Of a DNA stretch of 64,000 bases, positions 20,188-29,703 are shown in pieces. The stretch is from Sedimentisphaerales bacterium. Its GTDB lineage: Bacteria > Planctomycetota > Phycisphaerae > Sedimentisphaerales > SM23-30. The stretch lies in assembly GCA_963666285.1 (NCBI GenBank), contig OY762711.1; one strand, written 5' to 3'. Under the pieces are notes generated by a model. That model worked only from the letters and a program-made list of their open reading frames with translations, ran no database searches and was not told the DNA's origin. The first letter of the stretch is position 1; each line of letters starts with the position of its first letter. Made by a program: the position numbers and the translations under genes.

Positions 20188-21108
20188 CTATTTTATTTCC
20201 AAAACATCAATCTTATTAATAATATCTTCTTCTGTATAAAAACCACTATGCCGGAAAACTTCTTTTCCCATATCGTCAAAAATAATTTGTGTTGGTATTG
20301 ACTTTACTCCATACCTTGCCGACAAAACCTGTTGCTCTTTTGCATTAATATATACTATATTCAGCTGATCTTTATATTTATTTGTCAGTGCGTCACGTAT
20401 CGGAGCCATCTTATCCGGACCGCAACAGCTGGCAGCACTAAAAATAGCAATAGTAGCTTTCTCACTGCTTCTTGCCATATCCAGTAAATTATTTTGCGAG
20501 ATTAAGGCCTGCTCCTTAAGCCAATTACCTGCAATAGAAATATCATATTTAAGACCGATGTTCTTTATATATTCAGCAACAAGAGATAGCTTTTTTTCTT
20601 GCAAAACATAAGATTTAATTTGCTCTTTTACTGCTGACAGTGGTGTCCCATTAAACACACTGACGTTTTCTTCATAAAACTTTTCAACTTCCTGGTCATT
20701 AACAGAGGTGTCGGCAAGCATATTTTCCAAATAGGCAGATATACTATTATTATCATTTTTAGACTGTATGTTATTTTTAGCATTTTCTTCCAGGGCAATA
20801 TCAGCCAGGATCTGTTTACCTGCATACTGCTCGAGAACAAACAGTAAATTTTCTTCCAACTCTGCACGAACCAGGCCGGGTTGAGATGTGATATAGTCCT
20901 TCAAGTCCTTTTCATTAATCTCAATATTTTTATACTTCAGAATAGTTCCATTTTTCAGATCTAATATTTTAGCATAGGTCAAAACACCTGTAGTTAAACT
21001 GGGATATACTTCATTTACAATATTTGACTTAACCGTAACTCTTTCTGCTGCAATTGACAGACTCCCAATTAACAGGAATATAAACATATAATAGCAATTA
21101 GTTTTCAT
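20188..21108 (-). CDS. Secreted protein with SurA/PrsA-like helical region and C-terminal thioredoxin-like domain (CC instead of CxxC)
   Basis: Signal peptide; VNDQEVEKFYEEN..VKEQIKSYV; AASCCGPDKM..YGVKSIPTQIIFD..RHSGF. Confidence 0.7.
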   Translation of the reverse strand: MKTNCYYMFIFLLIGSLSIAAERVTVKSNIVNEVYPSLTTGVLTYAKILDLKNGTILKYKNIEINEKDLKDYITSQPGLVRAELEENLLFVLEQYAGKQILADIALEENAKNNIQSKNDNNSISAYLENMLADTSVNDQEVEKFYEENVSVFNGTPLSAVKEQIKSYVLQEKKLSLVAEYIKNIGLKYDISIAGNWLKEQALISQNNLLDMARSSEKATIAIFSAASCCGPDKMAPIRDALTNKYKDQLNIVYINAKEQQVLSARYGVKSIPTQIIFDDMGKEVFRHSGFYTEEDIINKIDVLEIK

Positions 21109-21538
21109 TTTTGTCGCCTTTCTCAGCATCAACTCCAAATTCTTTCCACTTACCTAAGATGTCTTCTTTTGAGAAAAATCCTTCATGCCTGAAAATCTCT
21201 TTTCCAGAGGCATCAATAAATATTTGTGTTGGGATCAGGTTTATACCATACTTCTCTTTTTCACCAGGATTTTCCCAGACATCAATAAAATTCACATTGA
21301 ATGAATCTTTACATTCCACCTTCAGCTCTTCCAGAATCGGAGCCATCATTTTACATGGAATGCATTTGCCTGCACCAAGATCAATTAGAGTTGGTAAGTC
21401 AGAATTGATATTGCCTGCAATTTGCTTTTCCTGGCCAGAGTCTGTAACAGGCAAATCTTTTTTGTCTTGCTTTGCCAAAAAAGCTATCGCCACTACTACC
21501 AACAAAGCTACTACAATAATTATATTGGTTTTTTTCAT
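21098..21538 (-). CDS. Membrane-anchored thioredoxin family protein
   Basis: GAGKCIPCKMM, IPTQIF, N-terminal TM segment. Confidence 0.9.
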   Translation of the reverse strand: MKKTNIIIVVALLVVVAIAFLAKQDKKDLPVTDSGQEKQIAGNINSDLPTLIDLGAGKCIPCKMMAPILEELKVECKDSFNVNFIDVWENPGEKEKYGINLIPTQIFIDASGKEIFRHEGFFSKEDILGKWKEFGVDAEKGDKNEN

Positions 21539-21627
21539 TATTATAACTCCTTAAAAAATGCATTATCACAGAACAAATTCATACTGCCTCAGCAATTATC
21601 ATAATAGTATAAATCTGTTAAGCAATC

Positions 21628-22002
21628 TTATTGCAGCATTTCCTTTGCTTTAGAAACAACTTTTCCAACATTCTCTTCATTTGCAGGGCTATTGCCTTTT
21701 TCAAGGCCTAAATCTGCCAGCTGAAGATGATCAAACTTGCAGAAACCTGCCTGCTCTAAAGAATTTTTCACACAATTCAGAGGACAACCATCAATAGCCA
21801 GAACCTGCTCTGCCGCTTCAGTAGTTTTCATAATGCCACTGACACGTCCACCAATTCCAGCTAGACAGAACATTTTGCCGGAACCATCTTTGGTTAACTT
21901 TCGTGCTGCCTGATCCGACACCGCTCCTACATCGGCTGCTCCGGAGCAGGCGAAAATCAACTTTGTGCCACCGCTGCATACACATGATTTTTCTGTACTC
22001 AT
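21628..22002 (-). CDS. DGC-domain putative zinc-binding protein
   Basis: FACSGAADVG, MFCLAGIGG, AIDGCPLNC. Confidence 0.85.
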   Translation of the reverse strand: MSTEKSCVCSGGTKLIFACSGAADVGAVSDQAARKLTKDGSGKMFCLAGIGGRVSGIMKTTEAAEQVLAIDGCPLNCVKNSLEQAGFCKFDHLQLADLGLEKGNSPANEENVGKVVSKAKEMLQ

Positions 22003-22043
22003 AACAATTCCTTTTTATCGTCTTAGAAAATTATCAATATTAA

Positions 22044-22277
22044 TTAAGCTAACATAGCCTTAATATCATCAGCAGACAATACTTTCCCTGCCGATTTAAC
22101 TTCACCATCAATTGCAATCGCAGGTGTTACCATTACACCCATTGCCATTATATCATTAAGTTGAGTTACCTTTTCAATCTCAGCCTCAATTCCAAGTTCA
22201 CTAACCGCAGCTTTTGCATTACCTGCAAGTTTTTCGCATTTGGCACATCCTGTACCTAGTATTTGTATTTTTTTCAT
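22044..22277 (-). CDS. Small redox-active disulfide protein (MTH895/TM0996 glutaredoxin-like)
   Basis: MKKIQILGTGCAKC..GVMVTPAIAIDG. Confidence 0.9.
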   Translation of the reverse strand: MKKIQILGTGCAKCEKLAGNAKAAVSELGIEAEIEKVTQLNDIMAMGVMVTPAIAIDGEVKSAGKVLSADDIKAMLA

Positions 22278-22290
22278 TGTTATTTCTCCA

Positions 22291-23763
22291 TTAAAATACG
22301 GTTCCAAATATTATTCCTGAAATTGTTGCCATTACAATAACCAGAGTTACAAACACGACTGTTTTTTGCGTTCCCATCACAGAACGAATTACCAGCATAT
22401 TTGGCAAACTTAATGCCGGTCCGGCCAGCAATAAAGCTAATGCCGGTCCTTTACCCATGCCGGCACCAATTAAGCCTTGCAAAATCGGTACTTCAGTTAA
22501 AGTAGCAAAATACATAAAAGCACCGGCTACCGAAGCAAATAGATTTGCCCAAATGGAATTACCGCCGACTGCCTTAGCAACCCATTCGGGCGGGATAAGC
22601 CCCTCATGGTTAGGCCTTCCAAGCAATAAACCGGCAACAACAACACCTATAAGAAGTAATGGCAATATCTGTTTTGCAAATGTCCACGTTGAACTGAACC
22701 ATTCCTCCGGTTCACCTTTAGTTGTACTGGTAGCCCAGGAAAGCCCCATTACGGCAATTGAAAATGGGATCATTACCATCATCCCATCCATCGGTAATAT
22801 AAATGCTGAAATCACAGTTGGTATTGCAGTCAAGAGTATTTTCCACCATGGGATTGCAAACCAGGCAGTTAAAACAACTGCCAGAATCATTCCAAATCCA
22901 CTGGCAACTAACCATTTATGACTCCAGATTGAAGTCCATGCCCCAGAAACGGGTTGTTTTTCAATAATATTACTAACTGATAATTCTATCTCCTGACCTT
23001 TTTCATTCCCATCTATAAGCTTAACAACATAAGAGCCATCTTGTTCTGAATTATGTTCCGGAGCCTTGATTACGGCTGCCCTGATAGTATTCCCATCTTT
23101 CATCTTAAAACTGAAATCGTTTGGCGCACCCCAGTTTGCAAAAACAAGTACTCCTACCATAACAGCAAAAAACACTGCATTTTGCCATAATGGACGAGAT
23201 ACTTCCGGCTCTGGCATTACTGCCTGCTGATTAGCTTTGGCCATTTCTTCTTTTCTATAAATTAAATGCATTATCAAACCAATAATGACACTGAAACTTA
23301 TTGCGCCAACAGCCCTGGCTATACCAAGCTCCAAACCAAGAATTCTTGCAGTAAGAATAATTGCTAAAACATTGATCGCCGGGCCGGAGTAGAGAAATGC
23401 AGTTGCAGGACCTAAACCAGCTCCCATTTTGTATATTCCGGCAAAAAGAGGAAGAATAGTACAAGAGCATACAGCAAGGATCGAACCTGATACAGACGCA
23501 ACCGCATAAGCAAGAACTTTATTTGCTTTTGCTCCCAGGTATTTCATAACTGAAGCCTGGCTGACAAAAACAGATATTGCTCCTGCAATAAAAAATGCCG
23601 GGACAAGACATAGCAAAACATGCTCTTGGGCATACCACTTAACAAGATGAAGTGACTCCATTATCGCATTATCGAAACGTTTCCAGCCTACTGGCAGATA
23701 AAAACATCCAAGAAATATAAGAACTATCCAAAGAAGTTTTTTCCATTCACTTTTCCAAAACAT
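22291..23763 (-). CDS. ArsP-like (DUF318) permease
   Basis: LAVCSCTILP, FLYSGPAIN, YFATLTEVP, LLAGPALSLP; multi-TM. Confidence 0.85.
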   Translation of the reverse strand: MFWKSEWKKLLWIVLIFLGCFYLPVGWKRFDNAIMESLHLVKWYAQEHVLLCLVPAFFIAGAISVFVSQASVMKYLGAKANKVLAYAVASVSGSILAVCSCTILPLFAGIYKMGAGLGPATAFLYSGPAINVLAIILTARILGLELGIARAVGAISFSVIIGLIMHLIYRKEEMAKANQQAVMPEPEVSRPLWQNAVFFAVMVGVLVFANWGAPNDFSFKMKDGNTIRAAVIKAPEHNSEQDGSYVVKLIDGNEKGQEIELSVSNIIEKQPVSGAWTSIWSHKWLVASGFGMILAVVLTAWFAIPWWKILLTAIPTVISAFILPMDGMMVMIPFSIAVMGLSWATSTTKGEPEEWFSSTWTFAKQILPLLLIGVVVAGLLLGRPNHEGLIPPEWVAKAVGGNSIWANLFASVAGAFMYFATLTEVPILQGLIGAGMGKGPALALLLAGPALSLPNMLVIRSVMGTQKTVVFVTLVIVMATISGIIFGTVF

Positions 23764-23820
23764 AATAATATCCTCACTGGGTTATTTGCACATATTACCA
23801 AGTGTTATCCTAAAAAAAGA

Positions 23821-24141
23821 TTATTGAAGCAATGCAGCATGAGCTTGTGCCTGCATTTTAATAACTGACTCAATACAATCCATAAATTTCAATAAGCATG
23901 GTACTTTTAATGAATAGTAAACCTGTTTGCCTCTCTTTTCATCCTCAACAACACCGGCCTGCTTCAAAATTGAAAGATGTTTGGAAACTGTAGAGAAATC
24001 AGCCTGTATAACCTCTGCAAACTCACAAACACATTTCTCACCTTTTGAAAGCTGCTCTGTCATCCACAAGCGGGTGGGATGAGCTAAAGCCTTTAATACC
24101 TTTGCCTTAGCTTCATATAATTTTTTATCATTTTCAGTCAT
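23821..24141 (-). CDS. ArsR/SmtB family metalloregulator
   Basis: KALAHPTRL, EKCVCE, STVSKHLSILK. Confidence 0.92.
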   Translation of the reverse strand: MTENDKKLYEAKAKVLKALAHPTRLWMTEQLSKGEKCVCEFAEVIQADFSTVSKHLSILKQAGVVEDEKRGKQVYYSLKVPCLLKFMDCIESVIKMQAQAHAALLQ

Positions 24142-24384
24142 TTCTATTCACCTTTGGTCATTTGAACATATGACAATATAACCAACAATACTAATACTGT
24201 CAATTTTTATTTTAAGTTGCTTTAAGTTTTATATTCTATTTACAATAGCATACCCCCAATTACTCCCATCACCCCCATGCGGCTGCATTGACATTCCCAG
24301 GCATGCATTATATTTGCAACAGCTAGCTAACTACTGCATAATAAGCAACTTATAAGACAATTACACCAAATTGAACATGCCAGA

Positions 24385-24420
24385 CAAGAGACAATCAATT
24401 CAATCCCGATAGGCTACATT
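24385..24420 (+). repeat. Degenerate further copy of the tRNA-Ala 3' end (old attR)
   Basis: CAAGAGACAATCAATTCAATCCCGATAGGCTACATT aligns without gaps at 27/36 to CAAGAGGTCGTCGGTTCGATCCCGATCGGCTCCATT. Confidence 0.6.
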
Positions 24421-24593
24421 TCCATTCTCATTTACAATAGTTCTACCATAGCTGCAACTTTCAAACACCTGTTACACAATATTTCCTTGAGATAACATTT
24501 AAAATAGCAATGCCGCACCGGCCACTTGATTCCGATGCGACATTTTAATAAATACAGCTGACAGCTATAAGGAAAAAGTTACACCACTGCCAA

Positions 24594-26018
24594 CTATATA
24601 TTTTCGATTGCTTTCCTGCTCTTTGCCGCACTTTGCAGCACACAAGGCCCGCCAACGCAGCCGCCGGTACAACTCATGACCTCAATGAAATTACCGGGAG
24701 CCTTTCCCTTGGCATACGCTTTCAAAAGAGCAATACTCTTTTTATCCAGCCCGTCAATACAAACCGGATTCAGAGCTGTTTCCCCGGCATAACTGCCCGC
24801 AACTGCGGAAGACACCCCGGAACTGATGGCAAATTTGCGTGCCGCAGCTGATGCCGTACCGTCTACCTGGGCAATATCCGGCATCTCGTCCAAAAATATT
24901 TCGGTCGCCACCAGCATAGCACCCAGCTCTTCAAAGGTTATCACATAATCAACATCTTCCAGTTCTGTTCCTTCCTTACGCTTGGCAAGACATGGGCCAA
25001 TAAACACGGTTTTAACATCGGGATTGTCAGCCTTAACCTTCCGGGCCGTAAAAGCCAATGGTGAAGGTGTATCTGATACATTGCCGCATATTTCCGGAAT
25101 ATGCTTTTTCGCAAGTTGAACATAAGATGGACAGCATGAAGTAGTCATAAACTTTTGACCTTCTGCCAGCTTATGGGCCAGCTCTTCTGCTTCGTGAGCA
25201 ATAGTTTCATCCGCTCCCTCTGCAACTTGCACAACAGAAGTAAATCCAAGTACATGCATGGCGGCAGTAAGCTGATTCCAATTAGCCTCAAACTGCCCTT
25301 CCATTGCCGGTGCCACCATAGCAGTCACATCTGTACCCTTAGTTATTTCAGCAAGGACATGAACCACCTGTGAGCACTCCATTATAGCTCCAAACGGACA
25401 GGCGTTTATACACTTGCCGCAATAGATACATTTCTCATCATCTATCACCTTCTTGCCATCCGGTCCGCTGGCTATAGCACCAACCGGGCAAGACTCTTCA
25501 CATGGAACGGGAATACGTACTACCGCATGAAAAGAACACGCACTCTGACATTTACCGCAATTGATACATTTGTCTGTATCGATTTTGGCCTTCCCGTTTA
25601 TTACGCTGACAGCATCCTTAGGACATACCATTGTACACGGTCGAGCGGCACATCCGCGGCATGCATCAGTAATATGATAATGCGCATCGGGACATGAACT
25701 GCACGCTACATCCAGAACGGTAAGAAATCTGCTGTTTGATTTTCTCTTGAGCGTCTGCCCGAGATATTCCTTGATTGTGGTCAGTTCATCAACTTCGTCT
25801 TCGACCGCTATCCCCAGCGAAGCCATACAACGATATTTGATCACCGCACGATCTTTATAAACACAACAGCGGGTAGTATTATTACGTAAAGGCCGCATCT
25901 CCAGCGGTATCCTGTCAAGGTCAGTTGAATCCTTGGGGCGGGTTACCGCATTTATGATACGAATCATAATCTCCCGGCAAATACGTCTGGCATTGTTATA
26001 TTTAGCTTCAGGCATCAT
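24594..26018 (-). CDS. Monomeric [FeFe]-hydrogenase (group B-like) with ferredoxin domains
   Basis: H-cluster motifs TTSCCP, GPCLAKRKE, EVMSCTGGCVGG; several CxxCxxCxxxC motifs. Confidence 0.9.
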   Translation of the reverse strand: MMPEAKYNNARRICREIMIRIINAVTRPKDSTDLDRIPLEMRPLRNNTTRCCVYKDRAVIKYRCMASLGIAVEDEVDELTTIKEYLGQTLKRKSNSRFLTVLDVACSSCPDAHYHITDACRGCAARPCTMVCPKDAVSVINGKAKIDTDKCINCGKCQSACSFHAVVRIPVPCEESCPVGAIASGPDGKKVIDDEKCIYCGKCINACPFGAIMECSQVVHVLAEITKGTDVTAMVAPAMEGQFEANWNQLTAAMHVLGFTSVVQVAEGADETIAHEAEELAHKLAEGQKFMTTSCCPSYVQLAKKHIPEICGNVSDTPSPLAFTARKVKADNPDVKTVFIGPCLAKRKEGTELEDVDYVITFEELGAMLVATEIFLDEMPDIAQVDGTASAAARKFAISSGVSSAVAGSYAGETALNPVCIDGLDKKSIALLKAYAKGKAPGNFIEVMSCTGGCVGGPCVLQSAAKSRKAIENI

Positions 26019-26289
26019 TCAGGCCCTCCGGCAGATCCAGCATCTCAGCGATTACTTCCATAACCTTTTCCGGGGTGGCATTACCGATCGGGACGGAATT
26101 TATGCGGACATAAGGTGCCCCGCTGAATTTACCTTTCCGGCATAAGCCAAGGCATCTGGACGCTGTAACCTCAACAAAATCCTTCCATTCTGCAGGCAGG
26201 CTTTCTTCAAAAGATTCAAACTGAACACTGCCCAAAACAAAGCAGGTTGTTCCTGCACATATCTCTATTTGTATTTTTTTGTTATGCAT
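26008..26289 (-). CDS. Thioredoxin-like [2Fe-2S] ferredoxin (NuoE/HfsA-like)
   Basis: ICAGTTCFVLG..RCLGLC..GAPYVRIN. Confidence 0.85.
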   Translation of the reverse strand: MHNKKIQIEICAGTTCFVLGSVQFESFEESLPAEWKDFVEVTASRCLGLCRKGKFSGAPYVRINSVPIGNATPEKVMEVIAEMLDLPEGLNDA

Positions 26290-26310
26290 GATTATTTTTC
26301 CATTTGATTG

Positions 26311-27480
26311 TCAAATGTATTCTATTCGCACTTCTTTCAGATACTTGTTTTCTAAAATTTCTGCTATCTTTTTGATAATATTTCGCCTTATGTCAAGATC
26401 AGCCGGCAAGGTCGGATCCTGGTGGGCCTCGTTTACCTTCGTACCAACACAAAAATCAATAATATCGTGATTCTTGATATGCTCGATCATCTCTGATGCC
26501 GGAGAACCATCTTCACCTCCGCGCTCGAGAAGAGAACATACCCTGGTAAGTGTAAGGATACCTTCTGTTACCAGGTCGGCACCTTTCATTACAGAAACTG
26601 CCGGCAAACCGGCACGAGATCTCAGTTCTGTCTTTATATCAAGTTTCAGCTCTCTTGCCAGGATATTCGATGTCGTGCCGCCGCAGACTATTTTTGAGCC
26701 CTGATAACCGGTATATTTAGAGGCCCAGTAGCTGTCCTGACTCTCACGGAACGGAGGGCCTGTCATTATCATAAGCTTGCGCGGTCTGCGATAGTAAACC
26801 ACCGCACATGACATATCATCATGCGGCAGATTACCAGGCTCATAACGCAACGCCTGCTTGATCACCCGGTTTACCAGAACCCTGGCTGACAATTCCGGAT
26901 TTTCTGCCAGCTGGTCTTTTACAAATTCTACACAGCCTTTCCTGCGCCAGCCCAGTTTATGCTCTTCCGAACCAAGACCAGCCTGGGTTATTCCATCAGA
27001 AAACATAATTATCCGGTCGCCGGGGCGGGTTTTAAACCTGCTTATCTTTATTGAACGGTTCTGCCATTCTTCAAACTTCAGTTCACGGGTATCACATTCA
27101 ACTTCCTGGCCGTCACGGATAAAAATAAATGATGGGTTACCCATCTCTACAACACGCGTTTCACCGTTCAAGGTTGAATCGATAATCGTATATGTTGCAT
27201 AGCTTATTTTTCGTTCCAGGCAAACCGGCAAGGCATCCATCATAACACCAAGAGCCTTGGGCAGCTCGATTTCAGATGCGATAAACTTCTCGGCCATTGT
27301 CGCGGTCATCTTAGACAATATTGCAGCCTTTACACCACTGCCCAGGCCATCAGACAGCACAACAATATTCCTCTGCTGCTGACTGTATTTGCTGGCAATA
27401 ACAGAATCTCCGCAAATACCCTGCCGATCTTTCATGCGGCTTAGCCATTCAACTTCAACAAATATAGGTGCGCTCATCAT
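26311..27480 (-). CDS. SpoIIE/PP2C-family phosphatase (HfsC-like)
   Basis: CGD, VLSDGLGSG, FSDGITQ, HDDMSC, VCGGTT, LVTEGILTL. Confidence 0.88.
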   Translation of the reverse strand: MMSAPIFVEVEWLSRMKDRQGICGDSVIASKYSQQQRNIVVLSDGLGSGVKAAILSKMTATMAEKFIASEIELPKALGVMMDALPVCLERKISYATYTIIDSTLNGETRVVEMGNPSFIFIRDGQEVECDTRELKFEEWQNRSIKISRFKTRPGDRIIMFSDGITQAGLGSEEHKLGWRRKGCVEFVKDQLAENPELSARVLVNRVIKQALRYEPGNLPHDDMSCAVVYYRRPRKLMIMTGPPFRESQDSYWASKYTGYQGSKIVCGGTTSNILARELKLDIKTELRSRAGLPAVSVMKGADLVTEGILTLTRVCSLLERGGEDGSPASEMIEHIKNHDIIDFCVGTKVNEAHQDPTLPADLDIRRNIIKKIAEILENKYLKEVRIEYI

Positions 27481-29204
27481 AACTGTTCCCTTTCCGGGTC
27501 CGGCTGATCATCTTCATAGCTGTAGGCAATAGAATTCAACAGGATTTCCGTATCTGCCATATGTTCGCCAAGACTGCTGGCTATGTTCTGAACCGTAGCC
27601 AGGTTTTTCCGCAGTACCTCTCGTGCCTTGCGAGCTATCTGCTGACGCTGCCATTGAACCTCTGTCACATCCTGGATAACAGCACCAACGGTCTCGTTTT
27701 TCTGGATAGAAAATATCGTAAGGTTAAATATCCTGCCGTCGCAATCATATCGCTCCCTGCATATATCATCACCGGTATGCAGAACCAGCCTGAAAAGGTC
27801 GCCAAAAGGAACAATCGAATTAAGCTTTGCATTCTCTAAGTTATCTAGAGCATCAAATGTCACCCTGGTATCATCGTCAAACATCTCCGCAAAGGGACGA
27901 TTACATTCTATTATCTCAAGTTTGCGGTTTACTATAACAACACCTGAAGGCATTGAACGGAGTAAGGCATTGGCTTTACGCTGGGCCTTGATACGCATAT
28001 AAGAAACACACATCTCGGATTCGGCCTTGCCCTGGAGCATTGCCGCGGCAAATTCCCTGCAGGTCTCATAGCCGCAGCCGCCGCAGTTCAGTTCGTCCTG
28101 CTGACTGTGTTTATTAAGGCTGACCAATACTGTTTGAATTTTCTGATCTGTAAACACCGGCGCAGAAACATATTCCCTGCCGTAATGCGTTTTAATGTCC
28201 AGATCAACAGCTTTATTACCTGTTTTTTGTTCGGTTAATATTTCCACATTTTTTATCACGGAAAGCCTTTTACTGATTCCCGCCTTTTGCGGACAAATAG
28301 TACCCGGTCCGTTAATACAGCCGCCGGCACAGGCAAGTGCTTCAAGAAAAACAGGCTTGTCTATATTTGTCTTCGTCAAACCTTCAAGCTCTCTAATAAT
28401 ATTGTCCAGGCCAGAGATACTAATATTTTCGACATTATTTTTTTCAAGGGTTCTTATCATTCCGCCTTCAAGGGGATAAAACATCCCCTCCCTGGCTTTA
28501 CCAAAGATATGAACTTCCTTATGATGAGAACTGCCGCTTCCCAAAGCAATGCCGGCTTCTGTCAGCAAACTATTCAGGTCAGCAAATGTCAGGGCTAAAT
28601 TGAGTAATTCCGGATTCCGGTCTGCTTCAATTTTCTTGGCAGCACAAGGGCCGAAAAATACCACCTTATACTCATCGCCATAATTCTGCTTTATCATCTT
28701 GCAGTGAGCCAGCAGTGGAGAATACAAAGATGTAATATTATCACTCAAGCCCGGCGTATACTTTTTAACCCATTCCACTACCGCGGGACATGCAGATGAG
28801 ATATATAGTTTATTTTCCCAGTTTGGCATATCCTTCATCAGCTCGCCGGATACCACTTCTGCCCCTAAAGCCGTCTCGCTAACTCCTGCGAAGCCAAGCT
28901 CGCCAAGAGCGGCAGCCATATCTTCAAGGCTGACATCTGGAAATTCACTTACCCAACTGGGTGCAAGCGAAACAAATACCGGGGTGCTTTTGAGTAAATA
29001 TCTCAGGCGATTAACATCATCTCTGATATGCTTGGCACCAACAGGACAAACCTCTACACAATGACCACAGCCAACACAATATTCCGGAAGAACATTGGCA
29101 AGGTTATTCTCTATCTGGATAGCCTTTACCGGACATTCCCGAACACATTTGTAGCAATCCTGACATTGTGCCAGCGCTGTATATACTGGAAATTTGTGGT
29201 CCAT
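27477..29204 (-). CDS. Sensory [FeFe]-hydrogenase with Fe-S and PAS domains (HydS/HfsB-like, group C)
   Basis: N-terminal CQDCYKCVRECP; H-domain ISSACP, GPCAAKK, ACAGGCING; LNCGGCGYETC; C-terminal PAS-like domain. Confidence 0.9.
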   Translation of the reverse strand: MDHKFPVYTALAQCQDCYKCVRECPVKAIQIENNLANVLPEYCVGCGHCVEVCPVGAKHIRDDVNRLRYLLKSTPVFVSLAPSWVSEFPDVSLEDMAAALGELGFAGVSETALGAEVVSGELMKDMPNWENKLYISSACPAVVEWVKKYTPGLSDNITSLYSPLLAHCKMIKQNYGDEYKVVFFGPCAAKKIEADRNPELLNLALTFADLNSLLTEAGIALGSGSSHHKEVHIFGKAREGMFYPLEGGMIRTLEKNNVENISISGLDNIIRELEGLTKTNIDKPVFLEALACAGGCINGPGTICPQKAGISKRLSVIKNVEILTEQKTGNKAVDLDIKTHYGREYVSAPVFTDQKIQTVLVSLNKHSQQDELNCGGCGYETCREFAAAMLQGKAESEMCVSYMRIKAQRKANALLRSMPSGVVIVNRKLEIIECNRPFAEMFDDDTRVTFDALDNLENAKLNSIVPFGDLFRLVLHTGDDICRERYDCDGRIFNLTIFSIQKNETVGAVIQDVTEVQWQRQQIARKAREVLRKNLATVQNIASSLGEHMADTEILLNSIAYSYEDDQPDPEREQL

Positions 29205-29344
29205 AATCTATATCTCACCTTAACTGCTTGTTAAACGTACTTATACTGATCAATAAACAACTGTATCAATATAAAACAAAATTCACATCACACAAAAATG
29301 CCAGAAATAAGGTAACAGAGTGAGACTATCTACTTTCTACTCTA

Positions 29345-29584
29345 TCATTCCATCATTGAATTCAGGACATCAAGCAGCGTTCCGCTATCTACCCCAAACA
29401 AGGTTTTGGCATCCACGGTTATTACCGGCCCCTTCGCACAATTCGATTCGCAGCGGCTGCCTACCAGTTCGATTTCAGCTTCCAGCTTGTTATCACTGAT
29501 AAATGACTCTATCAACTCCAGGTTATGTTCGTTGCCCCTGGAAAAACATGAGCTGCCCATACATATTGTAATTTTATGTTTCAT
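29345..29584 (-). CDS. Thioredoxin-like [2Fe-2S] ferredoxin (HfsA-like)
   Basis: ITICMGSSCFSRGN..RCESNCAKGPVITVD. Confidence 0.88.
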   Translation of the reverse strand: MKHKITICMGSSCFSRGNEHNLELIESFISDNKLEAEIELVGSRCESNCAKGPVITVDAKTLFGVDSGTLLDVLNSMME

Positions 29585-29606
29585 TGGAAAAGTAAAGGTA
29601 AATGTA

Positions 29607-29647
29607 TGTTTATGCCCTATACAGGTTAACTGTATAAGGCATAAACA
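29607..29647 (-). terminator. Strong hairpin between adhE and the hfsA-like gene
   Basis: TGTTTATGCC-CTATACAG-gttaa-CTGTATAA-GGCATAAACA; followed on the minus strand by a pyrimidine-rich tract. Confidence 0.55.
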
Positions 29648-29703
29648 AGCTACACAAGTAATTAATAGAAGTAATCCGTATTATTTTTCAGAACCAGTTA
29701 CAT

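Noticed and set aside
21098..23763. Selenocysteine recoding in the DGC, thioredoxin or permease genes
   Set aside because: The ORFs are full length with Cys at the motif positions; no in-frame TGA is needed.
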